The notes under the pieces: generated by a model | Told to the model about the DNA's origin: nothing | Database searches by the model: none | What the model saw: the letters and a program-made list of their open reading frames with translations, nothing else | Origin: a virus | Virus record (IMG/VR): IMGVR_UViG_3300045988_119787 | Span: 1-64,000 of that record | Strand: one strand, 5' to 3' | DNA: 64,000 nt | Shown here: piece after piece, positions 1 through 7,696 of the stretch | How the letters are laid out: every line of letters starts with the position of its first letter | Position numbering within the stretch: position 1 is the first letter of the stretch | Program-made: the position numbers and the translations under genes

Positions 1-62
1 ACCCCAACGGAATCACTAAGTCGTTATCAAATAACGCTAAAAATAGAATTTTATCTAAAAAG

Positions 63-110
63 AATACGGATGTAAGTCACTTATAATCAAGTACTTATCT
101 CCGTATTTTT
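63..110 (+). terminator. Rho-independent terminator-like hairpin, probably ending a host gene left of the window
   Basis: AATACGGATGTAAGT (63-77) pairs 13/15 with ACTTATCTCCGTATT (93-107), followed by TTT. Confidence 0.5.
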
Positions 111-232
111 CGTTTAGGGGTGTTCTTGGTGTTAGGAATAGGCTGACATTTACTGGTCGTTGACTGGTCTACGCCTAAAAACACCTTAACTCTCTGAAAA
201 CCAGCCAAATTAGCTGTCATGATAATAAATGT

Positions 233-240
233 TAAATTTG
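233..240 (+). promoter_or_regulatory. Bacteroides-type -7 promoter box (TAAATTTG) for the integrase gene
   Basis: Matches TAnnTTTG, 49 nt upstream of the int ATG at 289. Confidence 0.45.
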
Positions 241-245
241 GGGTG

Positions 246-287
246 TGTTATCAAATTGTTATCAACTCCGTAAAATTATGTTATCAA
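246..287 (+). repeat. Three direct TGTTATCAA repeats (246-254, 257-265, 279-287) between the int promoter and the int ATG; a fourth GTTATCAA lies at 23-30. Candidate arm-type or autoregulatory sites.
   Basis: Exact 9-mers read in sequence, spaced 11 and 22 bp (1 and 2 helical turns). Confidence 0.5.
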
Positions 288-288
288 A

Positions 289-1425
289 ATGGCTAGTATT
301 AATTTAAGCTTCGTTCACAATCGGTTGAAAAGAGGAACGTCACAGAAGCCAGTTTCCATCGAATTGCGGTTCAGTTACAAATATGAACGCAAGTACATTT
401 CAACCGGCATCAAGGTCACTCCAAACCAATGGTCTGACAAGTTGCAACGCATCATCAAGCACAAGGATGCTGCTGTACTCAACGAGCGGCTGGAAGCCTT
501 TGAGGAGCGTGGTCGCATCGTATTGAACAAAATGTTGAAGGAAGGTATCACGGATTTGTCTCTGATTCCTGCGCTTTTTAATGGCGAGCAAGACAAGAAC
601 ATTTCATTCATTGACTACTGCAAGAAGAGAATGAATGAACGCAAGGTGCATGATCATACCAAGAAGCGCTACGCTGTGTTTATCAGATTTCTGAAGGGCT
701 GGGGTAAGATTATCTCGTTCAGCGACTGTAATGTGCCTAAGGTGCGTGCCATGGATGAGTATCTTCACCGTCAAGGAAAGGCGCAGTGCACCATCTACGA
801 CTATCACAAGTATCTAAAGTTATTCATCAATGATGCGATGATAGACGGACTTATTGAGAAGAATCCTTATAAGTTTCTTCCGTTCCACATCGGCAAGGGT
901 GAAAAGCAGTATGTAGACTGCTGCACCGAAGAGCAGTTCGATGAAATCAAGAAGCTTGACCTTTCCACTCCTCACTTGCAGGCGACAAGAGATTTGTTTC
1001 TCTTCCAATGCTACACCGGACTGGCTTACTCTGACCTTGCTTCATTCGATTACGCCAACTGTGTTGAGAAGGATGGCAAGATGTTCTATCATGCCAAGCG
1101 CACAAAGACAGATACTGATTTCGTGTTCCAACTGCTTTCCCCTGCTGTAGAGATTCTAGTTAAATACGATTTCTCGCTGCCAAAGATTTCAAATCAGAAA
1201 TACAACGACTATCTCAAAGTTATCGGGCAAATGGTCGGGGTTGACCGTCTACACTCTCACATGGGGCGTGCTACGGCTGCTACGCTCTTCCTTTCAAAGG
1301 GTATGTCTATCAATATCGTGGCAAGGGTGCTCGGTCATACCACCTTGCGCCAAACCACAAGATACGCCCGAACTCTGAGCAAGGACGTACAGTCTGCCTT
1401 TGATGCGCTGGAAGGCAAGATGTAA
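289..1425 (+). CDS. int: Tyrosine recombinase / phage integrase (378 aa)
   Basis: Arg-I context ATRDLFLFQCYTGLAYSDL. C-terminal HMGRATAAT...LGHTTLRQTTRYAR gives the H-x-x-R, G-H and catalytic Y. The N-terminal arm-binding/SAM-like region is typical of Bacteroidota integrases. Confidence 0.9.
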   Translation: MASINLSFVHNRLKRGTSQKPVSIELRFSYKYERKYISTGIKVTPNQWSDKLQRIIKHKDAAVLNERLEAFEERGRIVLNKMLKEGITDLSLIPALFNGEQDKNISFIDYCKKRMNERKVHDHTKKRYAVFIRFLKGWGKIISFSDCNVPKVRAMDEYLHRQGKAQCTIYDYHKYLKLFINDAMIDGLIEKNPYKFLPFHIGKGEKQYVDCCTEEQFDEIKKLDLSTPHLQATRDLFLFQCYTGLAYSDLASFDYANCVEKDGKMFYHAKRTKTDTDFVFQLLSPAVEILVKYDFSLPKISNQKYNDYLKVIGQMVGVDRLHSHMGRATAATLFLSKGMSINIVARVLGHTTLRQTTRYARTLSKDVQSAFDALEGKM

Positions 1426-1446
1426 TAAACGAATAAAGGGTAGCCA

Positions 1447-1923
1447 TTACTGACTACCCTTTTCTTTGTCTCGTTCTCTTTTCTCTTGGATTGCCTTGCG
1501 TATATACTCGCCCTTCTTGTCTAGAAGGTTCTTGAGAAACTCTAGTGTTCCCTCGTCAACCCGAAAGCATACCTTGCTGGATAGGACTTCTTCGCCCTTT
1601 CGCTTTCCTCCTGCTCCTGCTCGCCTTCCTCCCCAGTTAGGGTGGATGCTCATCTTCTTTGGCTTGCCCTTGTTGGTAAGGGTCATTTTCGACTTCAACT
1701 TATCCTTCACGTATACCTCAGCTATCAATGCGCCTGGAGTGGTGCGCAAGCATGAGATAACGATTGATTCCAGATTCTTGGCATCCGTGAAGTTGGTCTC
1801 CGTCTCGTCAATGATTACCAAATCATCATACAATACGATTCTTGCCTTTTCCATACTCGCTTCCCCTTTTATCCCAGTACTGCCATCAATATTGTGAACA
1901 GAAAGATGAACAGTACGAACCAT
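1447..1923 (-). CDS. Putative ribbon-helix-helix DNA-binding protein (158 aa; alternative start MEKARIV at 1854)
   Basis: Basic NWGGRRAGAGGKRKG tract followed by a strand-helix-helix-like segment (KVCFRVDEGTLEFLKNLLDKKGEYIRKAIQE), as in Bacteroides MobC-like RHH proteins. Lies next to int. Confidence 0.45.
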   Translation of the reverse strand: MVRTVHLSVHNIDGSTGIKGEASMEKARIVLYDDLVIIDETETNFTDAKNLESIVISCLRTTPGALIAEVYVKDKLKSKMTLTNKGKPKKMSIHPNWGGRRAGAGGKRKGEEVLSSKVCFRVDEGTLEFLKNLLDKKGEYIRKAIQEKRERDKEKGSQ

Positions 1924-1937
1924 TCCTGCTTACTCAT

Positions 1938-2207
1938 TTACTTACCTCCTTCCTCGATTACTCCTATCGGTTTGATGTCGTGTACGGTCTCATCCTCGGT
2001 GAAGAAGGAGATTTTCATGTTGTCACTCACGTATCCCATGGCGATAACGTTCTCCTTGCTATCCTTGATGATGCAAATATCCCCTCTCACTTCGTTCTGA
2101 GTTTTCAGATACTTGATTGCAGCGTCCTTCACTGCCAAAGGATTCATTTCCTTTGTAATCGTCTCCCCTGACTGAGGGAAGACGAAAATAAACTCTTTCT
2201 TGTTCAT
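1938..2207 (-). CDS. hypothetical protein (89 aa)
   Basis: ORF track; 5-nt gap to the upstream ORF on the same strand. Confidence 0.55.
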   Translation of the reverse strand: MNKKEFIFVFPQSGETITKEMNPLAVKDAAIKYLKTQNEVRGDICIIKDSKENVIAMGYVSDNMKISFFTEDETVHDIKPIGVIEEGGK

Positions 2208-2212
2208 AATCT

Positions 2213-2587
2213 CTAAAATTCAAATAATTCTAACTGTGTATAGGTCTGCTTCGGGAGAAGCTTGTTGATTTCATCAAGCAGCTTTCCTGCTTTCTTGCAG
2301 ACTGTATTGTTACTATCTTCTGATTCTATCTGTCGTAACAGATATTTCTTTGCCCATTCAAGGGCATTCTTCACGGCTGCTTCCTGCGTCTTGAACCAAT
2401 CCTTGTTGCTGAGATTGTTGCCCCAGCATCCCCCTCGGTCTACCAGCATGTATCTGATTCCGTACGTCCACTTACCTCTAATCAATGCGGTGGTGATTTC
2501 GATAAAGGCTGTATCCTTGCCAACCTTTGCCGACTGGTCGGGATTGATGCAAACACCGTGCTCATTGAACTTAAAACGCTTGCTCAT
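2213..2587 (-). CDS. hypothetical protein (start moved to MSKRFKF)
   Basis: ORF track 2213..2623. The ATG at 2587 abuts the stop of the upstream ORF (2584). Confidence 0.55.
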   Translation of the reverse strand: MSKRFKFNEHGVCINPDQSAKVGKDTAFIEITTALIRGKWTYGIRYMLVDRGGCWGNNLSNKDWFKTQEAAVKNALEWAKKYLLRQIESEDSNNTVCKKAGKLLDEINKLLPKQTYTQLELFEF

Positions 2588-2868
2588 GCTAACTCCTTCT
2601 CTGTTATTAATAACTGCTCCCAAATATACTCATTCTTGTGAGTAATCTCGAAGAGTGTCGGGTGGTCCTCGGAAACCTCATACTCACCGCAAAAGGCTTG
2701 CTCGTATGATTCCAATACCTTCTGTTTTTTCTCTGCCAGCATTTCCTTTGCCTTGGTCTTGGTGGTATAGACTCCCAAAACGTTTACCTCTGTGTCACTA
2801 TCGTTGCCATAGAGTTCTGTCAATACAAAAACTATCTGCTTCTTCTCTAGTATCGAATTGTCTAACAA
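2584..2868 (-). CDS. hypothetical protein (94 aa)
   Basis: ORF track; same-strand packing. Confidence 0.5.
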   Translation of the reverse strand: MLDNSILEKKQIVFVLTELYGNDSDTEVNVLGVYTTKTKAKEMLAEKKQKVLESYEQAFCGEYEVSEDHPTLFEITHKNEYIWEQLLITEKELA

Positions 2869-2927
2869 TACTAGGAGACTCGTTTGGGTCTATCGGTTCA
2901 TGTACTAATATATACTTCTTCATAACT

Positions 2928-3083
2928 TTACAATTTACTTCTTATCTGTCTGAGTGATACTCTTTCCTTTGGAGTGAGGTAGATGCCGTTAGCACCTTCC
3001 TCGCTGCTGACAACCTCATGTAGGATATATTTAAGTACCCACAACTGGTTAGCCGTTAACTCTAGCTTCTTTACTGTTGCCAT
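2928..3083 (-). CDS. small hypothetical protein (51 aa from the ATG; the track start at 3113 is a TTG)
   Basis: ORF track 2928..3113. First ORF downstream of the leftward switch promoter. Confidence 0.4.
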   Translation of the reverse strand: MATVKKLELTANQLWVLKYILHEVVSSEEGANGIYLTPKERVSLRQIRSKL

Positions 3084-3444
3084 AATTGTTACTGTTAAAT
3101 TGTTAAACTTCAAAATAGTGCAGGTGTACGTTTGCGCCCAACGTCTGCAAGCTATATGCAGCCTAGCTCCCTCACTTAACGTTCGTGGGTCAACGTGTTT
3201 CGATATTTCTCTAGTCTAACACGACTAGCGTTTTTACATCTTGCGTGATGAGTGTTTGAGACTTCTTTGTCTTTTGCTCTTTTACAGTCTCGCTAACTGG
3301 GTTGCATTTTCCTTTGATGTTTGAAGAGTTCTATCTCTCTGACTTTCCCGACTAATCTGTACTTTTATAGAGGTAGTTAAACGTGAAGTTCTAAACGTGC
3401 CATCTTTCCTCTTGAAATCTTGAACTTGTTCTTGATTTCGCTTG

Positions 3445-3452
3445 CAAAAGTA
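3445..3452 (-). promoter_or_regulatory. Leftward -7 promoter box (TACTTTTG on the minus strand)
   Basis: Plus-strand CAAAAGTA is the reverse complement of TAnnTTTG. It directly abuts operator 1. Confidence 0.5.
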
Positions 3453-3453
3453 G

Positions 3454-3578
3454 CGTTTTAAAACGAAACTACCAAATTAATTCTTCGTTTTTGTGCGTTT
3501 TATAACGAATATTAACTAAAAACCTGCGTTTTAAAGCGAAATATTTAAAGAAATTTACATTTGATGCGTTTAGAAACG
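3454..3578. promoter_or_regulatory. Array of four 12-bp palindromic operators, CGTTTnnnAAACG
   Basis: CGTTTTAAAACG 3454-3465 (perfect), CGTTTTATAACG 3496-3507, CGTTTTAAAGCG 3527-3538, CGTTTAGAAACG 3567-3578. Centre spacings are 42, 31 and 40 bp. A related everted element, GCGAAACTTTTCGT, lies at 3617-3630. Confidence 0.7.
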
Positions 3579-3629
3579 AATATCAAAGAAATAAATCCTA
3601 ATTTTCTTGCATAAAAGCGAAACTTTTCG

Positions 3630-3637
3630 TATCTTTG
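3630..3637 (+). promoter_or_regulatory. Rightward -7 promoter box (TATCTTTG) for the XRE repressor gene
   Basis: TAnnTTTG match 18 nt upstream of the ATG at 3655. Confidence 0.55.
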
Positions 3638-3654
3638 CCGAAAAATAGAAAGAT

Positions 3655-3969
3655 ATGATTAAATTACGTATAAAAGAGTGCTGCAAAGAGCACGGAGTTA
3701 AATTAGCTGACTTGGCTACCGCATTGGGAATAAGACAAGCAACAACGCTATCACAACAGATAAAGCGCAATAAATTCGGCATTGATAGGCTGGAAGAGAT
3801 TGCAAAGATTATCGGTTGTGATGAGGTAGAATTGTTTGCTGATTATCAGAAGGATTCATCTGTGAGCGATTTTGCTTCTTATATCCGTTATAATGGTGTT
3901 CATTACACGTCTGACAATATAGACGAGTTCTTTAAACAAGTTGATGAACTAAAGACTATCGCAAGATAG
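3655..3969 (+). CDS. XRE/Cro-CI family helix-turn-helix regulator (104 aa), likely the prophage repressor
   Basis: N-terminal HTH: IKECCKEHGVKLADLATALGIRQATTLSQQIKRNKFGIDRLEEIAKIIG. Transcribed divergently across the operator array. Confidence 0.8.
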   Translation: MIKLRIKECCKEHGVKLADLATALGIRQATTLSQQIKRNKFGIDRLEEIAKIIGCDEVELFADYQKDSSVSDFASYIRYNGVHYTSDNIDEFFKQVDELKTIAR

Positions 3970-4005
3970 CAAATTATAATAAATAACGCTTTAAAATTTT
4001 TATCT

Positions 4006-4569
4006 ATGGTATTCTTATTAATTTTATTCGTAGCATTATTAATTGCTGCGATTATGGTTTTTTATGCATCCCAAAGTAATAGTAAGCCACAGAGATCACC
4101 AGTCGTGTGTGCAACAAAACTAAGAAATGTAGTGATGTCTTCCAATCCGGTTGACGGCATTCATTTTGGTGGAGTTATGGGATTTGCGCTTGGTGATAGT
4201 TATGAATTCTGCTTGTCCAGATTCTCACATCTTGAAATTAGTGTTGATTCAATAGATAAGACTGGAGCTAACTCTATGATACTTGTTTGGGGTAAAGGAG
4301 TTTACGAAAACATCAACGAGGTTCGCTTCATATTTGAAAACAATGAACTTGCTTCTATTGTTATTGATGTTGATTTCTCTAAAGAGGGTATTAGAGATAT
4401 GTACGGCATCTTGATAAGCCGCATTTGCAGAGTGCTGAAGACTGAGCCAATATTAAGCGATTCCAAACAAACAGCTTGGGCATCGCCTAAAAGTGGTATC
4501 ATTCTGTTCAGACACCTTGTGCCAATAGCGGAAGAAGAAAACCTCTTGATACAGATAGGTAGCTTGTAG
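4006..4569 (+). CDS. Single-pass membrane protein (187 aa) co-transcribed with the repressor; candidate superinfection-exclusion or lysogeny-expressed gene
   Basis: N-terminal TM helix MVFLLILFVALLIAAIMVFYA. The position immediately after the repressor supports the role; function is inferred only. Confidence 0.55.
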   Translation: MVFLLILFVALLIAAIMVFYASQSNSKPQRSPVVCATKLRNVVMSSNPVDGIHFGGVMGFALGDSYEFCLSRFSHLEISVDSIDKTGANSMILVWGKGVYENINEVRFIFENNELASIVIDVDFSKEGIRDMYGILISRICRVLKTEPILSDSKQTAWASPKSGIILFRHLVPIAEEENLLIQIGSL

Positions 4570-4598
4570 TGATGGCGCCAGCCGCCACGGCATGGGGA

Positions 4599-4629
4599 GG
4601 GCGCTTGCGCCCGTGGGGGCGCTGCCCCC
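4599..4629 (+). terminator. Two adjacent GC-rich hairpins ending the repressor operon
   Basis: GGGCGC-TT-GCGCCC (4599-4612) and GGGGGC-GCT-GCCCCC (4615-4629), with a T-rich tract at 4644-4650. Confidence 0.6.
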
Positions 4630-4703
4630 TTATCCCCCGAAGGTTTTCTTCTACCCCCTACAGAGAGAGATACACACACATCAACCCTAACCACAAAAAA
4701 CAC

Positions 4704-4744
4704 TTCTCTAACTAGGAAAATATATTTCTCCAACTAGGAAAATA
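4704..4744 (+). repeat. 19-bp direct repeat TTCTC(T/C)AACTAGGAAAATA, two copies 22 bp apart
   Basis: 4704-4722 and 4726-4744, 18/19 identical. Confidence 0.6.
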
Positions 4745-4849
4745 AAATCTCCATTTTTTTTATTTGCAAAGAATCTTCATTTATGAAATAAAAACCACAT
4801 AAATCGTCCTTCAACCTTATCAATTCTAGATGAGCGCATTATCCTGCAC

Positions 4850-4990
4850 AAAACCATGAAATCTACGAAAAACCCACAAAATCGGCTCTAATCTGCTTGG
4901 AAATGGCGCTAAAGTGGCTCAAAACTTGCGAATTTGAGAGAAATCCCGACCATTTGCCCGAAAATCGCAAAAATCAGCGAAAATGAAAGA
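4850..4990. other. 10-bp-phased A-tract region (predicted intrinsically bent DNA)
   Basis: A3-A5 tracts start at 4868, 4878, 4901, 4911, 4921, 4931, 4941, 4961, 4970 and 4980. Confidence 0.65.
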
Positions 4991-5326
4991 GGTTCGTGCT
5001 TGTTCGTGTCAGACAAACATCAAAATAGCCTAAAATCGAAATGTTAAACTTTACTATGCGCACGTGCGTACCTATTAATGCAAACAGACTTTTGTACCTA
5101 AAATCACACCTTCATCAAAATTTATAATTATCTTTATACTAAAGTTTTGTTTCTCCTTGGGAACAGTTGAGACTAAAATCTTTATTATCAAGCTATTAGC
5201 GTTTTTGACTATTTGGCAGTTTATATTACAAAATAAGGCTTCTTGAAGGGGTTGAGGTAAACGGGAAAGCGGTTTATTGCGCCCCGACTAACAAATTTGT
5301 GGGTTTTGGCGAAAACTCGGTGTAGA

Positions 5327-5367
5327 TTGGAATACCGCAAAACGTACCCCCAAATATTATATATTTG
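5327..5367 (+). promoter_or_regulatory. Late promoter copy 1: TTGGAATACCGCAAAA element plus -7 box TATATTTG
   Basis: TTGGAATACCGCAAAACGTACCCCCAAATATTATATATTTG. The element-to-box offset is 33 nt, identical to the other three copies. Confidence 0.65.
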
Positions 5368-5394
5368 CCCTCGAAAACTCAAATAATTGCAATT

Positions 5395-6087
5395 ATGATG
5401 GAAATATTATCAAAAATCCCAAAGAATTTGACCTCATCCCCAGTGCTTGGGGAGAAGAAAGAGTGGATTGCGACTGCTGCCATGCTGGCTGGCTCTGTTG
5501 CGTCCTCTTTGTTCGGTGCTAACAAGGCTAAGAAGGCGGCTAGACGAGCACAAGCCGAGAATACGTACAGAAGCAACGCTGAGAAGGCTTGGTACGACAA
5601 GGAGTACAACACGGACTATCTAGACACCAAAGCAGGGCAGAACCTCATGAGAAGAGCGCAGGAAGTGCAGAACGAGTATATCCGCAAGGCTGATGGCGCT
5701 GCTGCTGTTGGCGGTGGAACTGCTGCAAGCGTGGCAATGGCGAAGGAAGCCGCCAACAAGACGATTGGAGACACGGTTGCCAATATCGCAGCACAAGACA
5801 CCTCACGCAAGCAGCATGTCGCAGATGCCCACCTTCAGAACACTCAGCAGTTGTCAAGAGAGCGCCAGCAGATAGAGCAGCAGAAGGCGCAGGCAACCAG
5901 CGATGCAGCGCAAAACATGTCAAATGCGCTGATGTCGGCAGGTGTGAACCAGTTGGGGTCAGAACTCGAAGGTACAAAGGCACTGAATGGCAGCAAGTTA
6001 GACAATCAGACGCCAACGCTTGATAACAGAAATGTAACGGACGTAGCTGTTGGCAAGTCTACAAGACCAATCCGAGCGGTTTACTGA
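5395..6087 (+). CDS. Ala/Gln-rich hypothetical protein, possible internal virion protein (start moved to the ATG; the track start 5365 is a TTG inside the -7 box)
   Basis: ORF track 5365..6087. First gene of the late operon. Confidence 0.6.
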   Translation: MMEILSKIPKNLTSSPVLGEKKEWIATAAMLAGSVASSLFGANKAKKAARRAQAENTYRSNAEKAWYDKEYNTDYLDTKAGQNLMRRAQEVQNEYIRKADGAAAVGGGTAASVAMAKEAANKTIGDTVANIAAQDTSRKQHVADAHLQNTQQLSRERQQIEQQKAQATSDAAQNMSNALMSAGVNQLGSELEGTKALNGSKLDNQTPTLDNRNVTDVAVGKSTRPIRAVY

Positions 6088-6237
6088 ATCCTGCCACCTC
6101 TAGCGGTCACACTCTGCTGGATGATGCTGTGGGTGAACTCAACAAGAAGAAACCGAAGGTCCCTCACGTTGGGGTGTAGAGCGGTGAGAGGCAGCGAGGA
6201 TGGCAAGGCAAGGTCGAGGCAATGGCATAGAGGGACA

Positions 6238-6362
6238 CCCCAAGACCCCCACCCCCTTTGACCACCGTTGCAAATTATAGTAGATAAATACATAAATAAA
6301 AATCCTCCTCCCCCCACCCACCCCCTCATTTTGGATTTCGGTTTTCCGATTTTCCCCACCCC
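6238..6362. repeat. Cluster of C-tracts (G-tracts on the minus strand) in a 317-nt non-coding spacer
   Basis: C4 6238-6241, C5AC5 6246-6256, C6AC3AC5 6310-6325, C4AC4 6354-6362. Confidence 0.6.
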
Positions 6363-6404
6363 TAATTTTTCGGGAAGTGTTAACAATATTAAATATTGTA
6401 GATT

Positions 6405-6629
6405 ATGAATATAACAAAGATTATTCCGTGTGGTAGAGAAGAATACGAAAGGTATCACAGACCAAAAGGTTTAGCTTATGCTTACATGAACAGAGAGCCT
6501 TTTCTAAAGAGTCTCCCGAAATTAAAGAAGAGAACATGGAATATGGCTCATGAAGATGAAGCTGATAACATTCCCTTCTCATTTGAGGAATTTGTGCATT
6601 CCTCAATAGAAATATTCACGAAAAGTTAA
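6405..6629 (+). CDS. hypothetical protein (74 aa)
   Basis: ORF track; ATG start; same-strand operon context. Confidence 0.5.
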   Translation: MNITKIIPCGREEYERYHRPKGLAYAYMNREPFLKSLPKLKKRTWNMAHEDEADNIPFSFEEFVHSSIEIFTKS

Positions 6630-6649
6630 ACATTAAAACAAGATAGATT

Positions 6650-7696
6650 ATGACATTTGAAGAAGCAAAGAAGATATTGGAGAAAGAAGGTTTTAATTTA
6701 GAGGAAAATCCTGGTAAGCCTTACGCTATTAGTGAAGAGTTTACTGAATTCGAGGACCCCAACATTTGTGAAGCCATGCAAGTTGTTAGTTCTGCCGGTT
6801 ATGCTATTATGATGGTTGAAGCAGCCTTTAATGCACGTAAGGCTCGCTTGAAGGAGGAGCTTGAAGAGTATGCTAACGCACCTGTCTCTGGTAAAGAGAA
6901 AGCAAAGGAAGGAAACCCTGCCCTTAAAGAATCAGCCTCCCAGTTCAACGATGCTTTGTTGGATGAACAGGCAAAGGAGATTAAGTGTATCAAAGAGAAG
7001 AATCTGCGTCTCGGCAGGGAGATTGCCCGACTCAAGAAGAACATGAAGATTGAGGAGTTGAGAAAGGAAAGTTCTAGACACCAAGGCGAAAAGATTAAAG
7101 TGTCCTGTGAGAATCTTGATTTGGAACAGCTGTTAAAGGAAAAGAACGCTATTTTGTCTGACGTTGCAGAGGAACTTCGCCTTTCAAAGATTCGTGAGAA
7201 GAATCTGACCGAGGTAAGCCAGAAGTACATGAAGGAGAACGAGGAGTTGAAGAATGAGTTGGAGGCTTTTAAGGAAAGTTACAAGAGAAGAATCAAAGAA
7301 GACTCTGAGCATTTTGAGCATATTCAGAAAATTTGTAATGCAGGTCTACAAAAGTGGCTTATTGAATCTGAATATTTAGAAAAAGATAAGCCTTTCCGTT
7401 TTTCAAATTATGACATTGCTAGAGGAAAGGAAAACAAGAAACCTCGCATTCCTGCACCAGAAGATCCAAAGTATGATAATAGCCGTGAGGATTTCATAAA
7501 AAAAACAATTGATAGTTTTAACATAAGAGCTGCTAACCTCGGCAGTGTTGGAAGCAAGTACGGAAACGGCATCATAGACCAGATGATTGGAGTTGATATT
7601 GCAGAGGAAGGTGCAGACCTTTCTGGAGTAATTGTTTTGTGTGGCAAGGATTTTATTGATGCACTAAAGAAAGTAAAAGACGTATGGCAGGAGTAA
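6650..7696 (+). CDS. Coiled-coil hypothetical protein (348 aa)
   Basis: ORF track. Long E/K-rich heptad-like stretch. Its stop overlaps the next start by 13 nt. Confidence 0.65.
   Translation: MTFEEAKKILEKEGFNLEENPGKPYAISEEFTEFEDPNICEAMQVVSSAGYAIMMVEAAFNARKARLKEELEEYANAPVSGKEKAKEGNPALKESASQFNDALLDEQAKEIKCIKEKNLRLGREIARLKKNMKIEELRKESSRHQGEKIKVSCENLDLEQLLKEKNAILSDVAEELRLSKIREKNLTEVSQKYMKENEELKNELEAFKESYKRRIKEDSEHFEHIQKICNAGLQKWLIESEYLEKDKPFRFSNYDIARGKENKKPRIPAPEDPKYDNSREDFIKKTIDSFNIRAANLGSVGSKYGNGIIDQMIGVDIAEEGADLSGVIVLCGKDFIDALKKVKDVWQE

Noticed and set aside
1-288. tRNA gene as integration target at the left flank
   Set aside because: I could find no cloverleaf-compatible sequence (no GTTCGAATC-type T-arm, no acceptor pairing). 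Only a terminator-like hairpin is present.
3454-3630. Possible CRISPR array or tandem repeat (repeated GCGTTTnnnAACGAA units)
   Set aside because: The units are 12-16 bp palindromes with irregular 31-42 bp spacing between divergent promoters, and no cas genes are present. The pattern is that of operators.
4302-4733. 143-aa minus-strand ORF spanning the GC-rich hairpin island
   Set aside because: It overlaps the 3' end of a well-supported plus-strand gene and the terminator hairpins. Its sequence is Pro/Gly/Arg-rich junk with no promoter box.
5365-5394. TTG-initiated N-terminal extensions proposed by the ORF track (5365, 40979, 51236, 3113, 51531)
   Set aside because: In three cases the TTG lies inside or immediately next to the predicted -7 promoter box, so it would not be in the mRNA. 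An in-frame ATG 30-33 nt downstream is more plausible.
6081-6458. 125-aa minus-strand ORF across the C-tract spacer
   Set aside because: Its translation is dominated by G-tract-derived Gly/Trp runs. It overlaps the start of the plus-strand gene at 6405 and has no promoter or neighbouring same-strand genes.
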